Below are positions 40,801 through 48,997 of a stretch of 64,000 nt of DNA, piece after piece. Below the pieces are notes generated by a model. The model was not told the DNA's origin and made no database searches. It saw nothing but the letters and a program-made list of their open reading frames with translations. The stretch's first letter is position 1. Each line of letters starts with the position of its first letter. The position numbers and the translations under genes are program-made. The stretch is from an uncultured Elusimicrobia bacterium (GTDB lineage: Bacteria; Elusimicrobiota; Elusimicrobia; 2-01-FULL-59-12), in NCBI GenBank assembly GCA_963702895.1, contig OY969767.1:416001-480000 (forward strand). The letters run 5' to 3'.

Positions 40801-43800
40801 GCTCGATCATCCGGAAGGTGTCTCTGATTTCTTGCGCGATTCGATCCCGGTAGGCGACCATGATAGGGTGATCCGCAGGGGGGACCTTTTCCCCGGGATG
40901 GTCGCGCAAAAACATATTGCGGGGTCCATTTTCCAGGACGTCATGAAGCAATCCGCCTCCGATGAGGATGACCGGGTCTCTTTCTCCTTGTCGCAACAGG
41001 AGGGCCATGACGCTGGCAGGATGAACGGCGTAGTCGCGCCCATCCAGCCGTCTTTCGGGATCCCGTCGTTCTCCGTCCTTCGATACGGAGTGAAATTTCT
41101 CCATCAGCCGGATGGCGTCTTGAACCATAATGAGGGACTCTTCATCCTCTTGGCCGGGAGTTCCTTCTGCAAGATCGGAAGGCATGGGTTCATCGATATC
41201 GCCCTCCATCTCCTCGTCGCCCGCAAATGGACTGACCAACTTCTCCATGACCCCATCCAGGAAACGTCTGATTCTCCCTCTCCCAAATTTCTCCTGCAGC
41301 TTTTCGAGGGTCTTGACGGCCGTCGCATCGAAAATATCACCGGGCCCCACTTCGAAATGTTGGATCGACAGGTCGTGCGCTCGCTGCATTTGACCAAGGA
41401 CGCCCTGCAGGATAGTGATCGCGGATATTTCCGGAGCATCTAGCGAGGAAGGGATGGAAAGCGCGAAATTCAGCCAGAGAGTGCCGCTTTCCGTTTCTTC
41501 GTCGATGGTCAACCGCGCAATGTTCGCTAATGGCAATAGTGTGTTCAGGGTCGCAAAGAAATTCTTCATGAGGAGGGGATTGTCGGGAATCTGCACACTG
41601 GCCGTGACCCGTTTGATCGGCCGTGGCCCGGTGTTTGTGGGTGATAGGCGCAAGGCATTCATCTTTTCCACCAGAGACGTCATATCGACGTGGCGGTCTC
41701 TTTGCAGGACGAGACGCAATAGCCCAGTTCCTTCTTCGGCCGGGAGCGTACGCGAGCCTGCCAAGAGACGCGCTCCATGGTCGACGATCAAACCCATCAC
41801 GTGGGCAAAGATGGCTGGCTGATCTTTGGGGACCCGGATCAGGACGACCACCGTGTCCGATGTTTCCGCCGAGAGGTCCAGAGTGGCATTGATTTCGACA
41901 AAATCGGGAGTTGGCGTGTTGGCCTCCGGGGGTGGAAGATCGACGCCCGGCACCGTGGGCGCGATGGGGACGGTCGGAATAGGTGTTGGCAGGGCCTCGG
42001 AGGTCTGTATTGGGGCTGGGCTGGGCTGGACGGCCTCCACTGGCGCGGGCGATGCTGGTCTTTCCAGACGGGTCGCTTTCAAACGGCCTACGACATCGTC
42101 AAACGAGAGGACCCCGCAGGCGATGGCCAGCAGCGCGTATTCCGCATTGGGGACGGGCATTCCCTTCTCTCCAGCTAAGTCAGCAAGGCTGCGGCTGTAT
42201 CGTGCTAATCTGGGAGGAGTCCCGGCATTTTCCAGATCCTGGGTCGCCAGGGCAATCATTTCACCACGAATTTCTTGCCAGAGTGCCTCCTGGCGTTCAG
42301 CCACATAGGTATCGCGATGGGTAAGGCCCATGGCGGCCAGTAGGTGGTCGGCGTCGGGGAAGGAATGCTTCGAGGCCAGCGGCCCGAGGACTTGCCGTAA
42401 GGGCTGAAGCCAATTGGGTGACGGTCCACGGGGACGTGGACCCGTCTCCCTTTGCAGTCGTTCATGCAATTTCTCCGTGCCCTCCGCAGCTAATTCTGCT
42501 AACTGGGAGGCCCGGTCATCACTCTGGCGCAATTCGAATTCGACGAGAGCAGGCAAGGTGGAGGCGGATCTCATCATGGTCCGCAAGGACGCTGGGTTAT
42601 GTCTGATTGAAGCACCCTCCCTATCGGGCACATTGTCTGGCTTCACCTCATCTCCGTCTTCCAGTCGATATCCGAGGTCGACCCAGAATCCTCGATGCCT
42701 TCCCCGCGAAATATTGGCTCCACGGGTCCGGGGCCCCAAGGCGTTCATTTGCGCCAGGGCATCCGCCACGTTGCCTCTTCTTGACCCTCCTTTGGGGACG
42801 CACGCCGGAATCAAGTTTTCAGTATGTTCGTCGAACGGAGCGTGGAAGAAAAAAATGAAGGGATTAACGAGCTTTTCTCCAAATTTATTGAAAGTTCCTC
42901 GAGGGTCACGCTCATCCGGTTCAAAAGGATCATAGGCAGGGAGGACAAGAGTCAGCTGCTGTACCAGATAAGCCCAGCGGGCTTTTGTTGGACCGTAGCG
43001 GTATCGCCAATAAGCGTCCTGGTCATCGAAAATCTGGAATTCGTGCGGCCGGCGCTCGCCTGTTAACACGCGTTCGAACGAGGTGTGAAACGCCCAGTCC
43101 ATGCGTGAGGGGTCCGTCTGGTATTCGAAATGCTTCGCGATCCTGGCAGTCACATCGTTCTGTTGATCTGCATTGGTGAGAATAACGCTAAACCGCAGGA
43201 TGTCCCTTATCTCGCCGACGTGGCCATACCCCCTCTTGTCCGATCTCAGTTTGCGCATGACGGCGCCAACAGTTTTCAAGTTCCACGAAATTACCACTCC
43301 CTCGGGCAAGTCCTTTTGAATATCTCGTGCAGTCTTGTCCAGATAATCTCTCATCTCCGGCCAGGACATTTTGTATTCGGCTTGGATATCAGCATTCATC
43401 TTGGCATAGGCAGTAGGATCCGCCAATTGCTCGGCTTCATCCAGCAGTGAAGTGCTCAAGCCGGGCATGCCGAGGCGCTCGAGCAGGGGGACGTACACTT
43501 CGCTGATTTCGCGGTAGGTCTCATGCAGGACGTCGGAAGACACATTCGCTCCTTTCATCGTGGCCAATTTGGTTGCCATGGTCAGCAAAAGCACATCCAG
43601 AGAGCCCGCCTTTTTCGCATAGTGACCCATCAGATCCGGAATGGCCCAGCGGTGCTTGTCCAGCTGCTCTTTTGTCAGTCCGTAGCTCGTCGGGAACGTC
43701 TTGTTTACTTTTTCAGTCACTGCGAGCAGCCTGTCTTTTTCAGCTTTTTGGAGTCCCATTCGGCGTCGTTCCGATTCAGTGGTGCGGAGGAGGAACGCCG

Positions 43801-44803
43801 CGGCTAAGACATCAGGATCCACTTCGAGATTCAAGGCGCGAATCATCAAACGGTATTTCGCTGCGACATCGCTGCAGAACGTAGAATCCTCACTCCCTTG
43901 GCCCATATCGCGCTGGCTATAGATCTGGGCGGCTGCGGCGCGAGCTTTCTCCACGATCAGAGGATCTCTCGGGGGCGTTTGTTCGTCGGGGGCTGGTTGG
44001 CCGGCCGGATCCGGCGCTGACCCGGAGGGGGATGCGTCCATGATGGCAGGTACTCGAGTCCAGTCGCGGTTATTCATTTCATGGTAATAGGTGCTGAGCC
44101 AGAGGCCCGGAAGCGTGAGCAGAGGTGTGGCCAGCGCCGCAAGAAGCGCCGCTGTGGCCGGATCGGCGTGCGGGGCAAAAACGCGCGCAAACACCAGAGC
44201 GGCTCCCAGCGTGGTCGCTAGGAATACCCCGGTCAGGCTTCTGGCTGTCTGCCGCACTTCGTCACGCTGAGCATCCGTGAGGTTCCAGCCTGTCCGGTGG
44301 TCGATTCTGTGCCGGGAAACGAAATAAGGGATGCTGGTACGGTAAGCCAGGTAACCCAATCCGCCGGCAACGGCCATGCCGATCCCAACCAGGGGCGCGC
44401 CGGTCACGCCCAGTTTGATCAGGGAGGCGATGGCTGCAAGGGAACCGGCGGCGGCCCCGGTCCAGGGCAAGTAACGGACAAGGAATTCCTGCTCGCCAGG
44501 CTCGGAAATTTCGCGGTTGATACGCGCCGTGAAATCTCTGTACATTCCGGCAAAGGACTGGAAAGGCTGAAGTTTAATGAGCCGCGCGGCAAGCGCGGCG
44601 GGGGCCAGAGCGTCTTCCTGGAAGCGCGCGTTCTGAAATGAGGTGGATGCGGAGGTCGTCGGTGAAAGGCTTTGACCCGCCGCAAACGATAAAGCGTGCG
44701 GGTCTGCGGCAAGCGCGAAGACGAGAATCAGCGATGTCAGCCGGTAAAAGGTTCGATTCATAAGAATCCCAAACACGCCTGCGCGCGCGTTCGATAGGTT
44801 CAT
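34829..44803 (-). CDS. Giant 3324-aa multidomain membrane protein (RelA/SpoT-like, TGS, ACT, HD hydrolase, MidA/NDUFAF7 methyltransferase); start may be ATG 44761
   Basis: 10 kb uninterrupted ORF; KTVGAVMRK/IRDIL/HEFQI; YAVHP..LLHDVLEN..KSADGTDN; VEFGGGTG..TNELLD..TLDYGH..ITADLNF. Confidence 0.85.
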   Translation of the reverse strand: MNLSNARAGVFGILMNRTFYRLTSLILVFALAADPHALSFAAGQSLSPTTSASTSFQNARFQEDALAPAALAARLIKLQPFQSFAGMYRDFTARINREISEPGEQEFLVRYLPWTGAAAGSLAAIASLIKLGVTGAPLVGIGMAVAGGLGYLAYRTSIPYFVSRHRIDHRTGWNLTDAQRDEVRQTARSLTGVFLATTLGAALVFARVFAPHADPATAALLAALATPLLTLPGLWLSTYYHEMNNRDWTRVPAIMDASPSGSAPDPAGQPAPDEQTPPRDPLIVEKARAAAAQIYSQRDMGQGSEDSTFCSDVAAKYRLMIRALNLEVDPDVLAAAFLLRTTESERRRMGLQKAEKDRLLAVTEKVNKTFPTSYGLTKEQLDKHRWAIPDLMGHYAKKAGSLDVLLLTMATKLATMKGANVSSDVLHETYREISEVYVPLLERLGMPGLSTSLLDEAEQLADPTAYAKMNADIQAEYKMSWPEMRDYLDKTARDIQKDLPEGVVISWNLKTVGAVMRKLRSDKRGYGHVGEIRDILRFSVILTNADQQNDVTARIAKHFEYQTDPSRMDWAFHTSFERVLTGERRPHEFQIFDDQDAYWRYRYGPTKARWAYLVQQLTLVLPAYDPFEPDERDPRGTFNKFGEKLVNPFIFFFHAPFDEHTENLIPACVPKGGSRRGNVADALAQMNALGPRTRGANISRGRHRGFWVDLGYRLEDGDEVKPDNVPDREGASIRHNPASLRTMMRSASTLPALVEFELRQSDDRASQLAELAAEGTEKLHERLQRETGPRPRGPSPNWLQPLRQVLGPLASKHSFPDADHLLAAMGLTHRDTYVAERQEALWQEIRGEMIALATQDLENAGTPPRLARYSRSLADLAGEKGMPVPNAEYALLAIACGVLSFDDVVGRLKATRLERPASPAPVEAVQPSPAPIQTSEALPTPIPTVPIAPTVPGVDLPPPEANTPTPDFVEINATLDLSAETSDTVVVLIRVPKDQPAIFAHVMGLIVDHGARLLAGSRTLPAEEGTGLLRLVLQRDRHVDMTSLVEKMNALRLSPTNTGPRPIKRVTASVQIPDNPLLMKNFFATLNTLLPLANIARLTIDEETESGTLWLNFALSIPSSLDAPEISAITILQGVLGQMQRAHDLSIQHFEVGPGDIFDATAVKTLEKLQEKFGRGRIRRFLDGVMEKLVSPFAGDEEMEGDIDEPMPSDLAEGTPGQEDEESLIMVQDAIRLMEKFHSVSKDGERRDPERRLDGRDYAVHPASVMALLLRQGERDPVILIGGGLLHDVLENGPRNMFLRDHPGEKVPPADHPIMVAYRDRIAQEIRDTFRMIEHRLINIITLMTNYKKAGYALYGSRFRDEASIHIQAAKSADGTDNLRIIFEVQTPEKPNFPQKQIAKRIRFLLPVVATEPPFKNKLYKNSRIDFLKILIRQSNRISDEAFMEPYVEEGEDADAVRQELVSGIQAFLEWLESNQDWLPARMKGKNFERFVARLKTMKERLQSPPDSSSVPNRPGSPTGGASVTSEPGRIGPSAESPSDSAGLAPRMGDGSRPANPLSAHPSGPTRRERNIPATEAAAEPSEPISLPERLQNVAPELFVSFKDFMSLVNQLYYRYRAGIGPHEDFSTLPVELSPLFGRMIAEHLFSMWQHMRHNESLSPQDVFHFVEFGGGTGILSRDVMRYVESRASHGSSSEWRDFWNQLHYTIIEQSARLHDRQAAEGRDYIDKGKMDAVLGEAQAKLATLMGGRIKGVIFTNELLDDLGSHKVVLTTQGEAEVAFVIPQIPIEHLALLDEIGSGQELNDLIRQQDAEVRDRTALNGVNVMYLTRSSFEKYLSAVGGLPPGDIQSRLASITYTETYVPSQQIPEVAEHLQRNAEDYATALASHEQQRWTIFANTEADSFVENVGRALEAGFIFTLDYGHSAPDLFRHLHTGAPQHHIYGGEVPLEEQLTPPYHPRILQQQITADLNFTALANRGEDTALHTTWFGLVRDLMSGTSVREQALKGRFGPNSERQSPAALRDFLDESTDTGRFKILIQEKKGEHATPYRYSDATARPSLRRSLNDIPVPLRDRVKNIRDAFSKSHSLESASGLHPDSAEDSPHGGASMEGSFVIGSALAGLLMPLSSSWPLGPSFPGDVSFFAGLLTPLSSSWPLGPSFPGDVSFFAMQIVGLVVFGYLTILLLNFAFRLLERKVPADAEASLGPGPLERREPLGGTRRLYTHDEARGGLPRTIASAGDLRSITPPRMDEILSDNRELINKCRAAFDQLRGLAVESPSRPKARWIRNAVQLMDRFAIFTRTLFLMLTPPGLVSYTHFLIPFGNIDYNRWLNKISVVVFEEEAPGHQTSIASSMDNKIFIGRKLAERLTPDQLAGLLARKMIEIQAKHIVRDNNLRWSSLVERIERIAKAEEIRIAGPGQLRGTSSIDDVIRYIQYESNPLRTSAPITHTWQNAQHVMQWVMKILASSRGSPSLIAIDRTTAWEQTLEALIWLGHPLSVYDGLPGSGISDPESEFIAFERTLLTELEFGAPNIDDQNIRGRFIVTWNRLRGSSESLERVRRLETLNPKDLLAHLIVLFMFRRRDLPLLLNQFWISGEKIENRSNLQYAAQALSTPFGPKIHDLLNALSDIWPLLSKKEYGGLLGGLGTLLRSLTEFSESMTGTRGAIPTVSNVLSNLIREWKPDESTPRRTIKSKSVYTALEKAIREIAGLRETIPLSMILGVTFDPLRRISVHPDLEIALHYYEHIKEHVIPGAEIFKQCLIRYTQMLQRYPGDASAALQESSRYYRGSLKQRREADPIQISDWLEGPGAIEIPIHLRQYSNAMESRMRCWKEVRAGLASLLIDPNLVALRSHEKIDPQFLKLLEMEGTIRLRSDEQLSKESEIIATSLRSVLLSIVEAIQRLHLEARKKHTHQQAQMLTGLRDEIERLTDNLLTLQNLTREIQRQSLKSELVILDAAYKPFESLFVGFPGTHGSLDFTYRYRQHILHNIRAYWENPWIHAVYAFLKTEENRGRDRLARFSIARSQEGPLLATSNVYSVRSELDFLPAFLMYMKVWADVSGRPIIFPATLFDKDADKVLGAGYQLVKTPLESPLSLVIPNTEDGGIFHSELTPGNPTFPVKVVLDKYFVYTPDPAIQAQRRERMIREFSPTSEPRIGRPARKNSETASQEGMFTILSAIVGFLPLVDAHHFGLRQMLVVIAATGIFYLAHVGLHLALGGGLRLLAGKNFYEKAHLWLTQGYRENPPEIGSDVRLALFYFLPGAIQFLTGAILLNLAPLGASQSALLTAFGAVNLIQGMTIFFGADHRHGKKYLPSMRSVFRSA
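38300..38448. repeat. In-frame 72-bp tandem duplication within the giant gene
   Basis: AGLL(M/T)PLSSSWPLGPSFPGDVSFF twice. Confidence 0.92.
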
Positions 44804-44928
44804 AGAGTGTACGAGGCTTGAGATCGAAACGAAATGGAGCGAATGTCTCTATCTTTCGGCCCAAAAGACCCGGTGTCTTTTTAGGTCTAGTTCTATATGC
44901 TTTTTAACAGGCCAATATTACGGGGAGG

Positions 44929-45187
44929 TTGCCCGGGAAACTGCATTTGCTGTCTCCCCGGCACGTCGTAAGCCGGCCCTCCAGACTACCGGCGGGCCGA
45001 GCGCCACACACCCGGCGCTCTCCGCCTGTCGTGTGGCGGAGGGTCGCCGGGTGTCTGGAGACCCGGGGTCTATCACCGTCGACAAAAAACTCATGGATCC
45101 CCTACTTACGACCGTGAGGGATGACGGCACAAAAAAGTCCCGACGTCTCAATCGATAAAGAACGTTCAACAGAACTTTTCCGGTTAA
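44929..45187. repeat. Palindromic repeat copy 9 (four stacked hairpin modules)
   Basis: TTGCCCGGGAAACTGCA ... ACTTTTCCGGTTAA. Confidence 0.88.
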
Positions 45188-45552
45188 TGGGGAGGAAGTA
45201 TCTTCCTGTCTAATTACCAGTCTATTTTGATAAGTCGATAGAATCAGAGGACATCACAGAGGCGCTACGGGTTTGTTGTATCTTCCAAGACCGCGAGCGG
45301 AACGGCGCCCTTTTCCACCTTCCGGGCAAGTCCGTTCCGGCCTTCGACGACAACGTCCTCAGCCGCGGCCCAGGCCAAAGGCGACGCCGATCAGATGAAG
45401 GCGCTGTCGGACTGAGCCTCCGGTTTGTTTGGTATCAGTGATGCGCCACGGACCCCATTCGGATCGGGGTCCCTTCGGGACGAAAACCATGTCAAGCATA
45501 GTAAGTCGAAAAATACTCGACATACCATGTTAGTTATGATATACCATGCCCC

Positions 45553-46212
45553 ATGGAACTTGACGACCTGCGAAGGCGCGTGGCCGGGGAAGAATTCGAC
45601 TATCAGATGCTGATGGACGTTTTGCGGGGGTATGACCGTCCCCGGGACAAGGTCCGCGCGCTGCTCAAAAAGAAGTCGATCATACGGGTTAAGAAGGGCC
45701 TGTATGTCTTCGGAGAAACGCTGGCCAGGCGTTCCTATTCCCGGGAAGTCCTGGCCAATCTCATTTACGGACCTTCCTACATTTCTCTGGATTACGCGCT
45801 CCATTACCATGGGCTGGTTCCCGAGCGGGTGGAAAGTATCACCTGCTGTACCCCGGGCCGCGGGCGCCAATTTTCGACCCCCATCGGCCGTTTCAGCTAT
45901 CGCCAGATTCCTGCCGCCGCGTACGCGCTGGGAATAGACCAGGTGAAACTGGATGAGGGCCGCGCGTTTTTAATCGCGGTCCCGGAAAAAGCACTTGCCG
46001 ACAAGCTGGTGGCCGATCGGGGGACCGCCATCGCGAGTCCGGCCGAACTGAAGACGTATCTCGTCCATCACCTTCGGGTTGATCTGGAGGAATTGGCCGG
46101 TATGCAATCCAGTCTGATGGCGCGGATCGCTGTCGCTTATCGTTCCCGAAAACTCCACTGGCTTAGTCAGTTGATCCATCCATCGGCAGGAGGGAAAACC
46201 CATGATGAATGA
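45553..46212 (+). CDS. AbiEi-type antitoxin (type IV TA)
   Basis: IIRVKKGLY, PSYISLDYALHYHGLVPE, IAVPEKALAD. Confidence 0.85.
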   Translation: MELDDLRRRVAGEEFDYQMLMDVLRGYDRPRDKVRALLKKKSIIRVKKGLYVFGETLARRSYSREVLANLIYGPSYISLDYALHYHGLVPERVESITCCTPGRGRQFSTPIGRFSYRQIPAAAYALGIDQVKLDEGRAFLIAVPEKALADKLVADRGTAIASPAELKTYLVHHLRVDLEELAGMQSSLMARIAVAYRSRKLHWLSQLIHPSAGGKTHDE

Positions 46213-47071
46213 GGCCGTCGTCCGGATGCTCGCCCGCTATGAAAGCCGGACCGTGGAGGATCGCGTCCAGGCGCTGCGTGAAATCCTGCAAGAAATCGCC
46301 CTGCTGGGACTCTGGCGCAGCAAGTTTTTCGACAAAGCGGCCTTCTACGGCGGGACGTCCCTGCGGCTCCTGTATGGGCTCGACCGGTTTTCCGAAGACC
46401 TGGACTTCTCACTCTTGCGGCCGATGCCGGGCTTTGACCTGCGGCAGTATGCGGGCGCCCTGGAGCGGGAAATCGCCTCGTTCGGCTTTGATGTGCGGCT
46501 TGAAAAGAAAGAGAAAACAGCCGAGAGCAGAATCCAGTCCGCCTTCCTCAAGGCCGACACCGCAAAGCACCTCCTGGTGGTTGAAACCGCCGAAGCGCTC
46601 CTGCGAAAGATCCCGCGCGGGCAGATCATCAAAATCCGCCTCGAAGTCGACACCGACCCGCCGCCCGGATTCGAAACGGAAAATAAGTTTCTCCTGCATC
46701 CCATTCCGTTTGGGGTCCGCACCTACGTCCTGCCGGATCTTTTCGCGGGGAAGATGCACGCGGTCCTTTGTCGACGCTGGAAGAACAGAGTCAAGGGCCG
46801 CGACTGGTACGATCTGGTGTGGTATGCCGCCCATCATCCAAAACTGCATGCGGCGCATCTGGCGCAGCGCATGCTCCAGAGCGGCGATCTGAAAACTGGC
46901 GTCTCTCTGACGCAAGATCAGTGGATGGACATGGCCCATGCCGCCGTTGACCAGCTCGACGTCGCGATGGCCAGAAAAGAAGTCGAACCCTTCGTGAAAA
47001 ACCCGTACGCGTTGAAGGCCTGGTCACCGGCGTTTTTTCACGACGTCCTTAAACGGGTCGTCCTCGTTTAA
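46202..47071 (+). CDS. AbiEii/AbiGii nucleotidyltransferase toxin
   Basis: FYGGTSLRLLYGLDRFSEDLDF; K..A...R; RDWYD. Confidence 0.92.
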   Translation: MMNEAVVRMLARYESRTVEDRVQALREILQEIALLGLWRSKFFDKAAFYGGTSLRLLYGLDRFSEDLDFSLLRPMPGFDLRQYAGALEREIASFGFDVRLEKKEKTAESRIQSAFLKADTAKHLLVVETAEALLRKIPRGQIIKIRLEVDTDPPPGFETENKFLLHPIPFGVRTYVLPDLFAGKMHAVLCRRWKNRVKGRDWYDLVWYAAHHPKLHAAHLAQRMLQSGDLKTGVSLTQDQWMDMAHAAVDQLDVAMARKEVEPFVKNPYALKAWSPAFFHDVLKRVVLV

Positions 47072-47099
47072 GCCCGGCCCATAAAAAGGCGCTGTCGGA

Positions 47100-47115
47100 C
47101 TAACCGGAAATCTTC
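47100..47115. repeat. Terminus of repeat copy 10, interrupted by the group II intron (arm continues 48998-49042)
   Basis: CTAACCGGAAATCTTC identical to 8501-8516; 3' exon TTCCT..GTCTGAAC..GCACTTTTTTGT aligns with 8526-8559. Confidence 0.85.
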
Positions 47116-48997
47116 GTGCGCCAGGACAAACTGCACTGAACCCAGTGGATGAAAGATCCACGGCCCAAGGCCTAGCCAGCCAGGGCATAGCTCGTCTTGC
47201 ATCGACGGCCGTGAGGTCGGAGGCGAAGCGTAGACAAGCGACAACGTAGGCCGCAAGGTGATAAACCGATGGAGCCCCGAAAAGAACGGTAATGTTGTGG
47301 AAGCCGAGGCTGTGAAGATCGCCGAAGGCAACAAGGTTCCAGCCAAGACGGCAGGGAGGGAGCCTTTCCGCCGGGGTCGTACGAGGGCGGCATGTGTTGA
47401 AGGGACAGTGACGGGACCTGGGAGGCCTGCCGGGAGTCTGGGAGACTGGACACCGCCAACCCGAGGGACAACCAAAGGGAAACGGACCGGCAGGAGTCAG
47501 AGAACCCCATAGTACCTGAGAAGCGGGTAACGACCGTGGAGGGAAGGGGGCGACAGGAGGAGGAAGCGATGGAGGGACAGGGAGCTGATTCACAGAAGTC
47601 AGAGACTTCCTTAACGAAACTCCGGCGCGTAGCGGAGCAAGCGAAGCAGAATCAGAAGATGCGCTGGATATCGGTCAATCACCTCATGGACACCGACCTG
47701 TTGCGGGACAGTTGGAAACGGATCCGCAAGAGCGGAGCCAGCGGGGTGGATGGCCAGACAGCGCAGGCATACGGACAAGACCTAGAGAAGCGGTTGGAAG
47801 AGCTTCATGAGCGACTGAAGGCGGGGACGTACCGGGCACCGCCGGTAAGGCGGGTGTGGATTCCCAAGGCGGACGGCAGGCAACGGCCGATCGGGATACC
47901 GACGTTGGAGGATAAGATCGTCCAACGGGCGGTGGCCACGATCATGGAAGCGGTGATGGAGCCGTTGTTTCTGGAGAGTTCGTACGGGTACCGGCCTGGG
48001 CGGAACGCCCATCAGGCGCTGTGGTCCATACAACGGACGCTGATGTATCAGCCGATCCACTGGGTGCTGGAGATCGACCTGGAGTCGTTCTTTGACACCT
48101 TGGATCACGGATGGCTGAGACGGATGGTGGACGTACGGATGGGCGATGGGGTGATCCAGCGGCTGATCGGGAAATGGCTGAGTGCGGGAGTGATGGAGGA
48201 AGGAAGGGTGACGCGAACGGATCAAGGGAGCCCGCAAGGCGGTGTGATTTCGCCGATGTTGGCGAATATTTATCTGCACTACGGGATAGACCTGTGGTTT
48301 GCGAAGGTCATCCAACCGAAACTCAAGGGAGAATCGTACGCGTGGCGATATGCGGACGATATCCTGATGGCGTTCGAGCATGAAGCGGAGGCGCGCGAGG
48401 TCCAAAGGCAGCTTGGGGAGCGTTTGGCGAAGTTTGGCCTTAAGCTCAACCCAAGCAAGACACGCCTGATCCGGTTTGAGAGGCCACGAGACACAAACGG
48501 GGACGATCCGCCGGATCGGAGCGCGTTCGACTTTCTGGGGTTCACGCATTACTGGGCGAGGAGTCGACGAGGGATGTGGGTGGTGAAGCGGAAGACCGCC
48601 GGGAAGCGATTACGGCGGGCGATGAGTGCGGTGACGCAGTGGTGTAAAGCACACCGGCACTGGAAGCTCCGCGAACAGCACCAACACCTGAATGCGATTC
48701 TTCGAGGGCATTACCAGTATTACGGGATGACCTGGAACTGGGTTGGACTGAGCGTCTTTCACCTGCATGTGGTCAGAACGTGGCAGAGATGGTTGAGCCG
48801 CCGGAGTCAGACGGCTTACATTCACTGGGATCGGATGGAACAGATCCTGGAGAACTATCCCTTGCTACCTCCAATCATTATTCATCCTGATCCATGGCGC
48901 ATGGCACGTGAGTCCTTTTCTTGAAGAGCGTCGTGCGGGAAATCCGCACGCGGCGTTCTGTGAGGGGGCGGGAGGGCGACCTCCCGCTCTACTCGAT
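47116..48997 (+). mobile_element. Group II intron (bacterial, IIB-like, no En domain)
   Basis: 5' GTGCG; domain V GAGCGTCGTGCGGGAAATCCGCACGCGGCGTTC; domain VI ending CTACTCGAT; EBS1 GAAGAT 47314-47319. Confidence 0.93.
47569..48924 (+). CDS. ltrA: Group II intron reverse transcriptase/maturase
   Basis: GVDG, RPIGIPTLEDKIVQ, GSPQGGVISP, YADD, FDFLGF, X domain. Confidence 0.96.
   Translation: MEGQGADSQKSETSLTKLRRVAEQAKQNQKMRWISVNHLMDTDLLRDSWKRIRKSGASGVDGQTAQAYGQDLEKRLEELHERLKAGTYRAPPVRRVWIPKADGRQRPIGIPTLEDKIVQRAVATIMEAVMEPLFLESSYGYRPGRNAHQALWSIQRTLMYQPIHWVLEIDLESFFDTLDHGWLRRMVDVRMGDGVIQRLIGKWLSAGVMEEGRVTRTDQGSPQGGVISPMLANIYLHYGIDLWFAKVIQPKLKGESYAWRYADDILMAFEHEAEAREVQRQLGERLAKFGLKLNPSKTRLIRFERPRDTNGDDPPDRSAFDFLGFTHYWARSRRGMWVVKRKTAGKRLRRAMSAVTQWCKAHRHWKLREQHQHLNAILRGHYQYYGMTWNWVGLSVFHLHVVRTWQRWLSRRSQTAYIHWDRMEQILENYPLLPPIIIHPDPWRMARESFS

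Noticed and set aside
45505..45521. GTCGA-N7-TCGAC as AbiEi operator
   Set aside because: Only 5-bp arms; could be chance
47569..48924. Retron, DGR or defence RT linked to the adjacent AbiE pair
   Set aside because: Complete group II intron boundaries with domains V and VI; adjacency is explained by the repeat target
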